Below, one piece after another: positions 49,388 through 58,386 of a stretch of 64,000 nt of DNA. Each line of letters begins with the position of its first letter. Position 1 is the stretch's first letter. The stretch is from an uncultured Porphyromonadaceae bacterium (GTDB lineage Bacteria > Bacteroidota > Bacteroidia > Bacteroidales > Muribaculaceae). Below the pieces are notes generated by a model. It made no database searches. It saw nothing but the letters and a program-made list of their open reading frames with translations, and was not told the DNA's origin. Where the stretch lies: positions 8,290-72,289 of the forward strand of contig CALDIF010000084.1 in the NCBI GenBank assembly GCA_937901905.1, given 5' to 3'. The translations under genes were made by a program, and so were the position numbers.

Positions 49388-50569
49388 ATGAAGACCTATC
49401 TCATTACCGGCGGAGCGGGATTTATAGGCTCCAATTTTGTAAAATATGTGCTTGACAAGTGGGGCACCGAAGTCAGTGTTGTTATACTTGATGCGCTCAC
49501 CTATGCCGGCAATTTGACGAGTTTGAGTGATGTCCTCGACTCGGACAACGTGACAATGGTGCGTGGCGACATCGGTGACAGCGCTCTCGTTACAACGTTG
49601 TTGAGAACACACAACCCTGACTTTATCGTCAATTTTGCCGCCGAGAGTCATGTAGACCGCAGTATCACCGGTCCGCGCCTATTTCTCGAAACAAACATTT
49701 TAGGAACACAGAATTTATTGGAATGTGCCCGCCACGCGTGGAAGGGCGAGGAACACTTGCACAAATTCTTACAAGTCAGTACCGACGAGGTGTACGGCTC
49801 GCTGAATAAAGAATATGATGAGCCACGTCCGCTCGTTGTGAGCGAGGCATTGAAAGAAGTCGTCGGCACTCGTGACGACCTCGTGTGCTACGGCTCACTC
49901 TTTTTCACCGAGCAGACACCTGTCGCGCCACGGTCGCCTTACAGCGCAAGTAAAACATCGGCCGATTTGCTCACGCTCGCCTATCACGAGACCTACGGCT
50001 TGCCGGTGAACATCACGCGTTGCAGTAACAATTACGGTCCCTATCACTTCCCGGAGAAACTGATTCCGCTTGTGATTAATAATATCTTACAAGGCAAGTC
50101 ATTGCCGGTGTACGGCAAGGGGCTCAATGTGCGTGACTGGCTTTACGTGACCGATCACTGCAAGGCGATAGATCTCGTTTTGCGTCACGGTCGTGTGGGA
50201 GAGATATACAATATAGGCGGATTTAACGAGCAGAGCAACATTGATATTGTAAAACAAATAATTGCCATTATCGCTCGCATCATGCACACCGAGCCCGATT
50301 ACCGCAGGTTGCTCGAGTGTCCTGTCGAGGTGATTAATGAGGACTTGATCACCTATGTTACCGATCGTCCGGGGCACGATATGCGCTACGCCATTGACCC
50401 GACAAAGATAGCGACCGAATTGGGGTGGTATCCCGAAACGCCGTTTGCCACCGGCATCGAACTCACCGTACGTTGGAATCTTGACAATCGCCGGTGGGTC
50501 AAAGATGTCACGTCGGGTGAATACATGCAATACTACGAGCGACAATACAACGGTCGTCATGATAATTAA
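49388..50569 (+). CDS. rfbB: dTDP-glucose 4,6-dehydratase
   Basis: 393 aa with GGAGFIGSNF (Rossmann fold), the SYSASK catalytic YxxxK context and a DRPGHDMRYAID motif. Confidence 0.92.
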   Translation: MKTYLITGGAGFIGSNFVKYVLDKWGTEVSVVILDALTYAGNLTSLSDVLDSDNVTMVRGDIGDSALVTTLLRTHNPDFIVNFAAESHVDRSITGPRLFLETNILGTQNLLECARHAWKGEEHLHKFLQVSTDEVYGSLNKEYDEPRPLVVSEALKEVVGTRDDLVCYGSLFFTEQTPVAPRSPYSASKTSADLLTLAYHETYGLPVNITRCSNNYGPYHFPEKLIPLVINNILQGKSLPVYGKGLNVRDWLYVTDHCKAIDLVLRHGRVGEIYNIGGFNEQSNIDIVKQIIAIIARIMHTEPDYRRLLECPVEVINEDLITYVTDRPGHDMRYAIDPTKIATELGWYPETPFATGIELTVRWNLDNRRWVKDVTSGEYMQYYERQYNGRHDN

Positions 50570-50644
50570 TTCTCATACGGGCACTGCTTGCCCCCACGAG
50601 AGCCGAATAACAATAAAATAACACCTAACACGTCAACCGATAAC

Positions 50645-51547
50645 ATGAAAGGAATCGTACTTGCCGGAGGCAGTGGTACACGACTTTATCCCATCACCCG
50701 AGGCATATCCAAACAGTTACTGCCCATATATGACAAACCCATGGTATACTACCCTATCTCGGTACTCATGTTGGCAGGAATTCGAGAGATCTTGATAATC
50801 AGCACACCACACGACTTGCCGTTGTTCCGTCGTATGTTGGGTGACGGTTCGTCACTCGGAATACAATTCAGTTATGCCGAGCAACCTCGTCCCGAGGGCT
50901 TGGCTCAAGCATTTATTATCGGGCGCGAGTTCATCGGCGATGACGACGTGTGCATGGTGCTGGGTGACAACATTTTTTATGGTCAGGGGTTCACAGGTAT
51001 GCTACGTGATGCGGTGAGGCTCACGAGCGAGAGCCGCACGGCACATTTGTTCGCCTATCCCGTGCCCGATCCGCAGCGGTTCGGCGTGGTGGCTTTCGAT
51101 AACAACGGACGTGCGACAAGCATTGAGGAGAAACCCGTCAATCCCCGGTCACACTATGCCGTTACCGGTCTATACTTCTATCCTAACGACGTGACTCGTG
51201 TTGCAGCCGAAATCAAGCCCAGCGCTCGCGGCGAATTAGAGATAACGAGTGTCAACGAGTGGTACTTGGAACGGCGACGAGTGCAAGTAACCACGTTAGG
51301 TCGTGGCTTCGCATGGCTCGACACCGGCACATTCTCGTCCATGCTCGATGCGTCCAACTTTGTCCAGACTATCGAAACATTGCAAGGCATTCAAGTGGCT
51401 GCATTGGAAGAAATTGCCTATCGCAAGGGTTGGATCGATCGCGAACAACTGCTCACACTTGCTGCAGTAATGGAGAAAAACCACTATGGTCAATACTTAA
51501 TCAACCTCGCCAATAATGGAAAACAATACCCGACCACAACTGATTAA
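50645..51547 (+). CDS. rfbA: Glucose-1-phosphate thymidylyltransferase
   Basis: The protein begins [33 protein letters not shown]. The start at 50645 is preferred over the ORF-track start at 50588. Confidence 0.93.
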   Translation: MKGIVLAGGSGTRLYPITRGISKQLLPIYDKPMVYYPISVLMLAGIREILIISTPHDLPLFRRMLGDGSSLGIQFSYAEQPRPEGLAQAFIIGREFIGDDDVCMVLGDNIFYGQGFTGMLRDAVRLTSESRTAHLFAYPVPDPQRFGVVAFDNNGRATSIEEKPVNPRSHYAVTGLYFYPNDVTRVAAEIKPSARGELEITSVNEWYLERRRVQVTTLGRGFAWLDTGTFSSMLDASNFVQTIETLQGIQVAALEEIAYRKGWIDREQLLTLAAVMEKNHYGQYLINLANNGKQYPTTTD

Positions 51548-51968
51548 CTTGTCGCAGATAACCGACCGTCGCGGCAATCTCACCGCTATCGAAAGTGCCG
51601 GTGAATTGATACCATTCGAGATCAAGCGAGTTTACTATTTATATGATGTGCCTGCCGGAGCCGAGCGAGGCGGACACAGTCATCGCTCGTGTCATGAGGT
51701 GCTGATTGCGCTCAGCGGCAGTTTTGATGTCACTATTGACGACGGTCGCCGGCATCGCACGATCACCCTCAATCGTCCTTTTCAAGCCCTGCACATCGTG
51801 CCGGGAATATGGCGCACATTACAAAACTTTGCGTCGGGGTCGGTGTGTCTCGTGTTGGCAAGCGAGCACTACGACGAGTCGGACTATGTGCGCCGTTATT
51901 TGTCATTTTTGAAGTTGAAACGCGAGGAGCCTGCCGGTGCTCGTGTCACAATCGGAGACCTCACATGA
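51516..51968 (+). CDS. dTDP-4-dehydro-6-deoxy-hexose 3,4-ketoisomerase (FdtA/QdtA/WxcM-like cupin)
   Basis: 150 aa. [12 protein letters not shown]...[24 protein letters not shown] matches the FdtA family. It overlaps the rfbA 3' end by 32 nt. Confidence 0.75.
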   Translation: MENNTRPQLINLSQITDRRGNLTAIESAGELIPFEIKRVYYLYDVPAGAERGGHSHRSCHEVLIALSGSFDVTIDDGRRHRTITLNRPFQALHIVPGIWRTLQNFASGSVCLVLASEHYDESDYVRRYLSFLKLKREEPAGARVTIGDLT

Positions 51969-53107
51969 ACATTCCCTTTCTTGACCTGAAAGCGTCAGGC
52001 GCAGCGATTGAAGCGCAGTTGATCGCAGCGGCGACCGATGTGATAACGAGCGGTCGCTATTTGCGTGGCGAGCAAACTGCGGCACTTGAGCGAGATGTGG
52101 CACGGTTGTGCGAAACGCGCCACTGCGTAGCGGTGAGTAACGGACTTGATGCCTTGCGACTCGTTTTACGGGCATGGATTGAACTGGGCTTGTTACACCA
52201 CGGCGACAAGGTTGCGGTGCAGGCAAACACCTACGTGGCGAGCGTACTCGCCATCAGCGACATGGGGCTTGTGCCCGTCCTCGTGGAGCCGTCATTGCAA
52301 ACGATGAACATTGACACCGATGCCCTGCGCGAAGCGGTCGAACACGATAAAGGCATACGGGCTGTGATGCCGGTACACCTCTACGGTTCACCTTGTTGGG
52401 ACACTACATTGCTCGACGTTGTCGAGCAACACGGTTTGCTCGTACTGGAAGATAATGCACAAGCCATCAATGCCACGTCACCCCACATCGGGATTAACGG
52501 CAAGTTCAAGACCGGCTCACTCGGTAATGCGGCGGCTTGCAGTTTTTACCCGACAAAAAACCTCGGAGCACTGGGCGATGCCGGTGCCGTGACGACCGAT
52601 GACACCACACTTGCCGATACCGTCAGGGCGTTGGCAAACTACGGCAGCGACCGACGTTACCACAATATATATAAGGGGTATAATTGTCGCATTGACGAAA
52701 TACAGGCCGCCATGTTGCGTGTCAAGATCAAGCACTTGGAAACCGAGACAACCCGACGACAACTCATAGCCACGACCTACGATGAGCACATCAGCAATCC
52801 TGTCGTGACTCGACCGCTGATTAATAACAACCGTGGGCAGGTGTGGCATCAGTACGTGATACGCGTGCGCTGCGGTGCACGCGACCGCCTGCGCGAATAT
52901 CTCGCCGGAGCCGGTGTGGGCACCGACATTCATTACGCCGTGCCACCTCATCGACAGCCATGCTATGCCGGTGCTTTCAATAACATTTCATTACCGCTTA
53001 CCGAACAGTTGGCGAGCGAGGTCGTCAGCCTACCTATCGCTGCACCGCTCACCGTGACTCAAGCGACCGAAATTGCCGATTTGATTAATCGCTTCGATGC
53101 AGTTTGA
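51965..53107 (+). CDS. DegT/DnrJ/EryC1/StrS-family sugar aminotransferase (FdtB/QdtB-like)
   Basis: The true start is [10 protein letters not shown] at 51965 (ATGA overlap with the isomerase gene). The PLP-Lys context SFYPTKNLGALGDAG is present. Confidence 0.88.
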   Translation: MNIPFLDLKASGAAIEAQLIAAATDVITSGRYLRGEQTAALERDVARLCETRHCVAVSNGLDALRLVLRAWIELGLLHHGDKVAVQANTYVASVLAISDMGLVPVLVEPSLQTMNIDTDALREAVEHDKGIRAVMPVHLYGSPCWDTTLLDVVEQHGLLVLEDNAQAINATSPHIGINGKFKTGSLGNAAACSFYPTKNLGALGDAGAVTTDDTTLADTVRALANYGSDRRYHNIYKGYNCRIDEIQAAMLRVKIKHLETETTRRQLIATTYDEHISNPVVTRPLINNNRGQVWHQYVIRVRCGARDRLREYLAGAGVGTDIHYAVPPHRQPCYAGAFNNISLPLTEQLASEVVSLPIAAPLTVTQATEIADLINRFDAV

Positions 53108-54500
53108 TTCCTACATATACGGCATTTTTCTGCCCATAGTGTTCGTGTTGTATTGGTCGTTGCGCCACCGCCTCGGAGCGCAAAACCTCTTGTTACTTGC
53201 CGCAAGTTATCTGTTTTACGGCTGGTGGGATTGGCGTTTCCTGTCACTGATATTATTCACCTCACTGACGACTTATTGTACCGGATTGTTTATCAAGCCT
53301 GACGGGTCACGTGGCTCGCGATATTTGACGGTATTGAACATCGTTGTCAACCTTGCTGTGTTGGCGGTATTTAAATATCTGAATTTCTTCGCCACCGAGT
53401 TGTCCCTTTTATTGACGACCATGGGTATTCACGCCGGGTGGACAACGCTCAACCTTGTGTTGCCGGTGGGCATCTCATTCTACACGTTCCAAGCCATCAG
53501 TTACACCATTGACGTGTATCGCGGTGACGTGCCTGCGACCCGTCGTGTTGTGCCTTTTCTCGTATATGTGAGTTTCTTTCCGCAATTAGTCGCCGGTCCC
53601 ATCGAACGAGCGAGCAATCTGCTGCCACAATTCCTGCGTGTGAAACAATGGGATTATGCCGTCGCAGTAACCGGAATGCGACAAATCCTGTGGGGACTGA
53701 CCAAGAAAATTGTCATTGCCGACACTCTCGCGGGTGCGGTAGATATTGATTTCTATCACCCCGGCGCGATGAATCCCCTCGCATTGATAGTGGGCGCCGT
53801 GCTGTTCTCATTCCGGATTTATGCCGATTTCTCGGGTTATAGTGACATTGCCATCGGCTCGGCACGGTTATTGGGCATCAAGTTACAGCCTAATTTCCGT
53901 TACCCCTTCTTTTCGCGTTCATGGCGAGAATTGTGGCAGCGGTGGCACATCTCATTAATGACGTGGTTCAAACTCTATGTTTACTTTCCGTTAGGCGGTT
54001 CGCGTCATGGCAGAGTGCGAACGACAGTTGCCACATTGACAGTGTTTCTGTTGTCGGGACTGTGGCACGGAGCCGACTACACTTTCGTCTTGTGGGGGTT
54101 GGCAGGAGGATTGTTGCTGATACCGTCGGTGTGGTTGCGCCCACAACGCGAAATCGGCGAGCCTCAGTTAAAAGATATTCCGCGATGTTTAGCGGTGTTC
54201 GCCGGTTTCACCGCAGTATTTGTCCTGTTTCGCGTCAACGACATGGCTCACCTCAACGAGTGGCTCGGCACGATTGTGCACGGCAACTATAGCCTCAACT
54301 ACGTTTACGGGTGGGTAGAATTGGTCAAGTACGTTATTCCGCTCGTCGTAGTCGAGTGGTTGGGACGACACGAGGAATTTCCCCTCGCCCGCCTGCCGTT
54401 CCCCACCGTGGTTCGCTGGCTAATCTACTGGACACTGACCGCCTTGATTATTTTCCATTGTCATGGTGTTGATCGACAGTACATTTATTTCCAATTTTGA
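53097..54500 (+). CDS. MBOAT-family membrane-bound O-acyltransferase (AlgI/DltB-like)
   Basis: 467 aa and polytopic, with a conserved His context (LLSGLWHGADYTF). Its start overlaps the aminotransferase 3' end by 11 nt. Confidence 0.88.
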   Translation: MQFDSYIYGIFLPIVFVLYWSLRHRLGAQNLLLLAASYLFYGWWDWRFLSLILFTSLTTYCTGLFIKPDGSRGSRYLTVLNIVVNLAVLAVFKYLNFFATELSLLLTTMGIHAGWTTLNLVLPVGISFYTFQAISYTIDVYRGDVPATRRVVPFLVYVSFFPQLVAGPIERASNLLPQFLRVKQWDYAVAVTGMRQILWGLTKKIVIADTLAGAVDIDFYHPGAMNPLALIVGAVLFSFRIYADFSGYSDIAIGSARLLGIKLQPNFRYPFFSRSWRELWQRWHISLMTWFKLYVYFPLGGSRHGRVRTTVATLTVFLLSGLWHGADYTFVLWGLAGGLLLIPSVWLRPQREIGEPQLKDIPRCLAVFAGFTAVFVLFRVNDMAHLNEWLGTIVHGNYSLNYVYGWVELVKYVIPLVVVEWLGRHEEFPLARLPFPTVVRWLIYWTLTALIIFHCHGVDRQYIYFQF

Positions 54501-54503
54501 ATT

Positions 54504-55538
54504 ATGAAACGCGGATCAATATCACACTTCATCACTCGCACGCTCATTGCAGCATTGCCGTTGGCTATGCTGGTTGTCACATATTTATTGACCGATCCGT
54601 TCCGCGTGATTCGTCACTACGACGACGGGACGGGGGCGCGCAGTGACACCGTGCGTTTTAGCGTGAATGCCGGGTGGGTGGCAATTACCAACTTCGAACG
54701 TTATCAACCGACATACCGCTACGACAGTTTCATTTTCGGGTCGTCGATGTCACAAAATTTTTCGGTTGCTCATTGGCAACAGTACCTGCCCGAGGGGTCA
54801 CGAGCCTATCACATGGATCAATCGATGGAAACAATAGAGGGAATGACCGACAAACTGCGTTGGTTGCTCTCGCGTGGCGACACCGTGCGACACGCCCTCA
54901 TCATCATTGAACAGGAAATGTTACTTCGCGAACCGATTGATGATGATTTCCTTTTTGCCCGACCGCCACAAACACTTACCCTACCGTTTGCTACCGTTCG
55001 GTTCCACATCACTGCATTCAACAGTTTCAAGGATCCCGATTTCCTCTCATGGCGATTTACCGACGGTGATATTCGCTCTGCATGGGGGTTACGGTTTGCC
55101 ACGACCGATATTCAAGACCGCATCAAGGAGTGTAATGAGAGTTATTATGCCCGTTTTGACTCACTCATAGCCGTTGATCCCGAAGAATATTACACGCCCG
55201 AGCGATTGCGTCGCATTGACGTGACCGTTGAGCCGACACCCGAGCGACCGGCAATTGACCGGCATCGCTTAGACCGACTGTTGTCGCTGCGCGACATGCT
55301 TCACCGACATCACAGCGATTACAACATCATCATCGTTCCGCGTTTCAAACGCACGATGTTACACCCGAGCGACCGTGCAGTCCTCATCGCCTTATTCGGT
55401 GCCGGGCGTGTGCACGACTTCTCGCACGACACAGTTCTCGCCGACAATCCCCACTATTACTACGACCACGCTGCACACCCCACATCAGCCACTTGCCGCC
55501 TCCTGCTTGACCTCACCTATCAAGCGATTGCCGAATAA
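54504..55538 (+). CDS. Hypothetical membrane-anchored protein, possible partner of the MBOAT enzyme
   Basis: 344 aa with an N-terminal TM helix. It starts 3 nt after the MBOAT gene. It contains FIFGSSMSQNF, a weak SGNH block-I-like GSS motif. The functional link rests on context only. Confidence 0.5.
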   Translation: MKRGSISHFITRTLIAALPLAMLVVTYLLTDPFRVIRHYDDGTGARSDTVRFSVNAGWVAITNFERYQPTYRYDSFIFGSSMSQNFSVAHWQQYLPEGSRAYHMDQSMETIEGMTDKLRWLLSRGDTVRHALIIIEQEMLLREPIDDDFLFARPPQTLTLPFATVRFHITAFNSFKDPDFLSWRFTDGDIRSAWGLRFATTDIQDRIKECNESYYARFDSLIAVDPEEYYTPERLRRIDVTVEPTPERPAIDRHRLDRLLSLRDMLHRHHSDYNIIIVPRFKRTMLHPSDRAVLIALFGAGRVHDFSHDTVLADNPHYYYDHAAHPTSATCRLLLDLTYQAIAE

Positions 55539-55937
55539 CGCCACAAACTCCGAACCGACTCCGAACACCCCCCTCGCCTGCGACACTTCGCTCCCGACAC
55601 TTCGCACCCGGTGGTTGGTATAAGTCGCTTCTCTCCCATCGCTTCGCTCGCGACATGGCGAGAAAAGTAAGACCGCATATTAATCGTTCCTTGGAGAGGA
55701 ACACTAACCACCCTAACACCTCACGTCTGTTATCGTCTATATTTGCCACGCAGAAATGCGTAAAATTCAGCAGATTAATGGTGCAATTCGTGTAATTAGT
55801 AGTCCCAATTGATGACAAAATGACCGAAAAGTGTACTTCTTCACAAAAACATTGCCCTCGTTGTGCAGAGTTTAGAAATTAAATTGTGCTTTTGTGGAAA
55901 AAATCGGTGTTCTACTACAAAAATATTCCATAACTCG

Positions 55938-56696
55938 ATGGTTTTCGAACGACAATCCTATCTGCAAGAACTCATCTCAGCCGAAGGCAACGAGATGATA
56001 AAAATAGTGACGAGAACTCGCCGCTGTGGTAAGTCATACCTTCTGTTTAATCTCTATCGCAGCCAACTGCTAAAGCGAGGAGTGTATGAAGACCACTTAA
56101 TACAGGTGAATCTTGAAGACCGCCGCAACAAACATTTGCGCAATCCTGATGCGCTGACCGAAGCCGGTATTAACCTCAGTCCGAACACCATTGCTCGCTA
56201 TTTGGCTCACCCTTCACGATGCGTTTCTCATAAGCGAGGCATTGCGCTATGATGTAAAAGGGCGCAAATATATCGGCACCGAAACCAAATATTATTTCGA
56301 GGACATTGGCATCCGTAATACCATTCTTGACTTCCGCCGGTTGGAGTTCAACCACACGATGGAGAATGTCATATATAACGAGCTGCGTCGCCTGCATTAT
56401 AGCGTGGATGTGGGGCGCGTGCAGACTTTCAAGCAAAACAAGGATGTGAAAAGCGTCCGCAGCAACATAGAAATCGACTTCGTGGTAAACCGCCATGACG
56501 AAGGATCTATATCCGGTGTGCCTATGCTTTGCCCGACAAGGAGAAAACCGAACAAGAGCAAGCCTCGCTCATGCAAGTGGGCTACAGCTTCCGCAAGGTC
56601 ATCATCGTGGGTGACCGCTACCATTCCGGCTACAATGAGTCCGGCATCTTTCTCCTCAACATTTACGACTTCTTGTTGGGCAAGGTGCGATTATAG
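55938..56696 (+). pseudogene. Decayed AAA-family ATPase (AAA_14 + DUF4143 type), with an internal deletion plus at least two frameshifts
   Basis: The N-terminal piece MVFERQSYLQELI...TRTRRCGKSYLLFNLY carries a degenerate Walker A. It jumps directly to the DUF4143 region. The text LHDAFLISEALRYDVKGRKYIGTETKYYFEDIGIRN continues in a second frame. The tail AYALPDKEKTEQEQASLMQVGYSFRKVIIVGDRYH...NIYDFLLGKVRL* is in a third frame. Confidence 0.7.
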
Positions 56697-56799
56697 TATT
56701 CCGACGATTTTAATCAGCCCCAAAATCGTATGGGCTATATTGAAAATCAATAGAAACAACGAACTCGTGATAACGGTTTTGCCCTACACAGACTCAATT

Positions 56800-57654
56800 T
56801 CAATATTCCACATAACCGGTGCCATAGCAGTTGTCACAGTTGCTATGATAGTGACCGGCAGGGCGTTCACGGCGACACTCGGCACAGTACTTGAAATCGC
56901 CGGGATCGTATATCATTTTCTCCACTCGCCCTGTGGCTTTACACACATAACATTCGTGTCGCTGCTTTGCACTCCCTGACGATGATGGTGTGACATTGGA
57001 AGCGGGAGGTACTCCGCTGAAATCAAATTGCATATAGGCACCGGGGTTGCTGATGATATTGTTCAGCACATCCATTGGGTTAGTCGATACTTGTTGTTGT
57101 GATGTTTGTGTTCCACGCCATGTAACGCAGAATTGGTCAGACGATCCGGGGTAAACGCTGTTGAGAGAACCATCTGTATTGTATAGATAGAAGTTGGTTT
57201 TAACTAAATATGATTCGACCGACTCGACGTAAGCCCCCTCCGGTGCCTTTATGGCTTCATAGGGCAGAAAAAAGACAAAGTCGTCGTAGCGCGTACAATC
57301 ATAACCCGGTGTGCATAGCCTTATCAAATCTACCGCACCTCGTCCGTCTTGAGAATAGGATGTTTGAGTCGCGGGCACTAAACCGCCGTTCGGATAGGTC
57401 ACGTAAAGGTGGACATCGACCTTGCACCCTTTCACTTCATTGGCAAAGAATGAAATGGTCACTTTCATTCCATTTTTCCCTTCCTCAACGACATTGTGCT
57501 CTATACCCGAACTGAAGATGCTGAACGATGGTGCTGCAACAACATATATCAGCAACGGAGAAAGCAAGTTCAAGACAAAAAGTAATAGCAGTTTGATAAT
57601 ATTGCAGTCTTTTCGGTCGTAAATTGATGATAACAATCTTCTCATAATCGTCAA
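56800..57654 (-). CDS. Hypothetical membrane-anchored protein with a C-terminal DnaJ-type CxxCxGxG zinc-finger module
   Basis: 284 aa with an N-terminal TM helix (IIKLLLLFVLNLLSPLLIYVVAAP). The C-terminus reads CYVCKATGRV...CAECRRE...CDNCYGTGYVEY. I do not recognise the central domain. Confidence 0.55.
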   Translation of the reverse strand: MTIMRRLLSSIYDRKDCNIIKLLLLFVLNLLSPLLIYVVAAPSFSIFSSGIEHNVVEEGKNGMKVTISFFANEVKGCKVDVHLYVTYPNGGLVPATQTSYSQDGRGAVDLIRLCTPGYDCTRYDDFVFFLPYEAIKAPEGAYVESVESYLVKTNFYLYNTDGSLNSVYPGSSDQFCVTWRGTQTSQQQVSTNPMDVLNNIISNPGAYMQFDFSGVPPASNVTPSSSGSAKQRHECYVCKATGRVEKMIYDPGDFKYCAECRRERPAGHYHSNCDNCYGTGYVEY

Positions 57655-57962
57655 TTCCGCAGCACTTTAGTTTAACTTTCTTTATACGTTCCTGAGCAAC
57701 ATTTTGTTGCTCAGGATTTGGCCATGTCAGATTTTTCACTTACCTAAGTGCTGCAAATATAGACAAGTAAAATCATCTGGTGGCAAGTTGCAAAAATACA
57801 AATAAAATCTGAGAAATCATTCTTTTGGTAGGAATATTTCACGTAAGAGAGCAATTCATGTGGAAGTATTTCAGGATTATTTCCGTCGTATAATATTTAG
57901 GACAATATTGATTTAGAATATGTTTTTTCCAAAAAAACAGTCCCCATCTCGCAAAAAAACAC

Positions 57963-57970
57963 TACCTTTG
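57963..57970 (+). promoter_or_regulatory. -7 box TACCTTTG, candidate promoter of the PAPS-reductase/ATPase operon
   Basis: Exact TAnnTTTG match, 12 nt upstream of the 36-bp palindrome and about 420 nt upstream of the first candidate start. Confidence 0.4.
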
Positions 57971-57981
57971 TGGTTTGAAAG

Positions 57982-58017
57982 AGTCATATTCTTTGAATTA
58001 ATTCAAAGAATATGACT
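57982..58017. promoter_or_regulatory. Perfect 36-bp palindrome AGTCATATTCTTTGAATT|AATTCAAAGAATATGACT (candidate operator)
   Basis: Read directly from the sequence. It has 18-bp arms, no spacer and no mismatch, and lies immediately downstream of the -7 box. Confidence 0.6.
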
Positions 58018-58386
58018 GCAATCTCAACCGTTAACGTGTTAACAAACTGAGATTTACATATTAACGTAAAAGCGTTCATTTACGCTTTGTTCTTTGGCCG
58101 CCAAGAACCTAGGAAATTCTGATAACTGCCACAAGAACATAGCAACAATGGCGCACGTGGTGTATATGTTCACCATCTCCACGCCCCATGTGGGCGGAGT
58201 GTGGGTGGGTTATATACAGGCGTGGAGTCTTGTTGCTCGTTCTGGCAGTAAGGCATCCTAGGGCTATTGGTGGCGGACGAGCAACGATAAGAGGCTCCCG
58301 CTTTTCGTTATATGTACCACTAGTAATCATAACATAAACCTGCCGGATGAAGGAGCCCCAACCGACACAAAAATGAAAGCAGATTC

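Noticed and set aside
58060-58290. The idea that the structured leader is a retron msr/msd RNA or an IS-associated guide RNA.
   Set aside because: There is no reverse transcriptase, TnpB/IscB or transposase gene adjacent on either side within the window. It is kept only as an unspecified structured-RNA candidate.
58109-58330. A 73-aa minus-strand ORF inside the leader upstream of the PAPS-reductase gene.
   Set aside because: It has no recognisable features and an implausible composition. It coincides with the self-complementary region, so the region is better read as non-coding.
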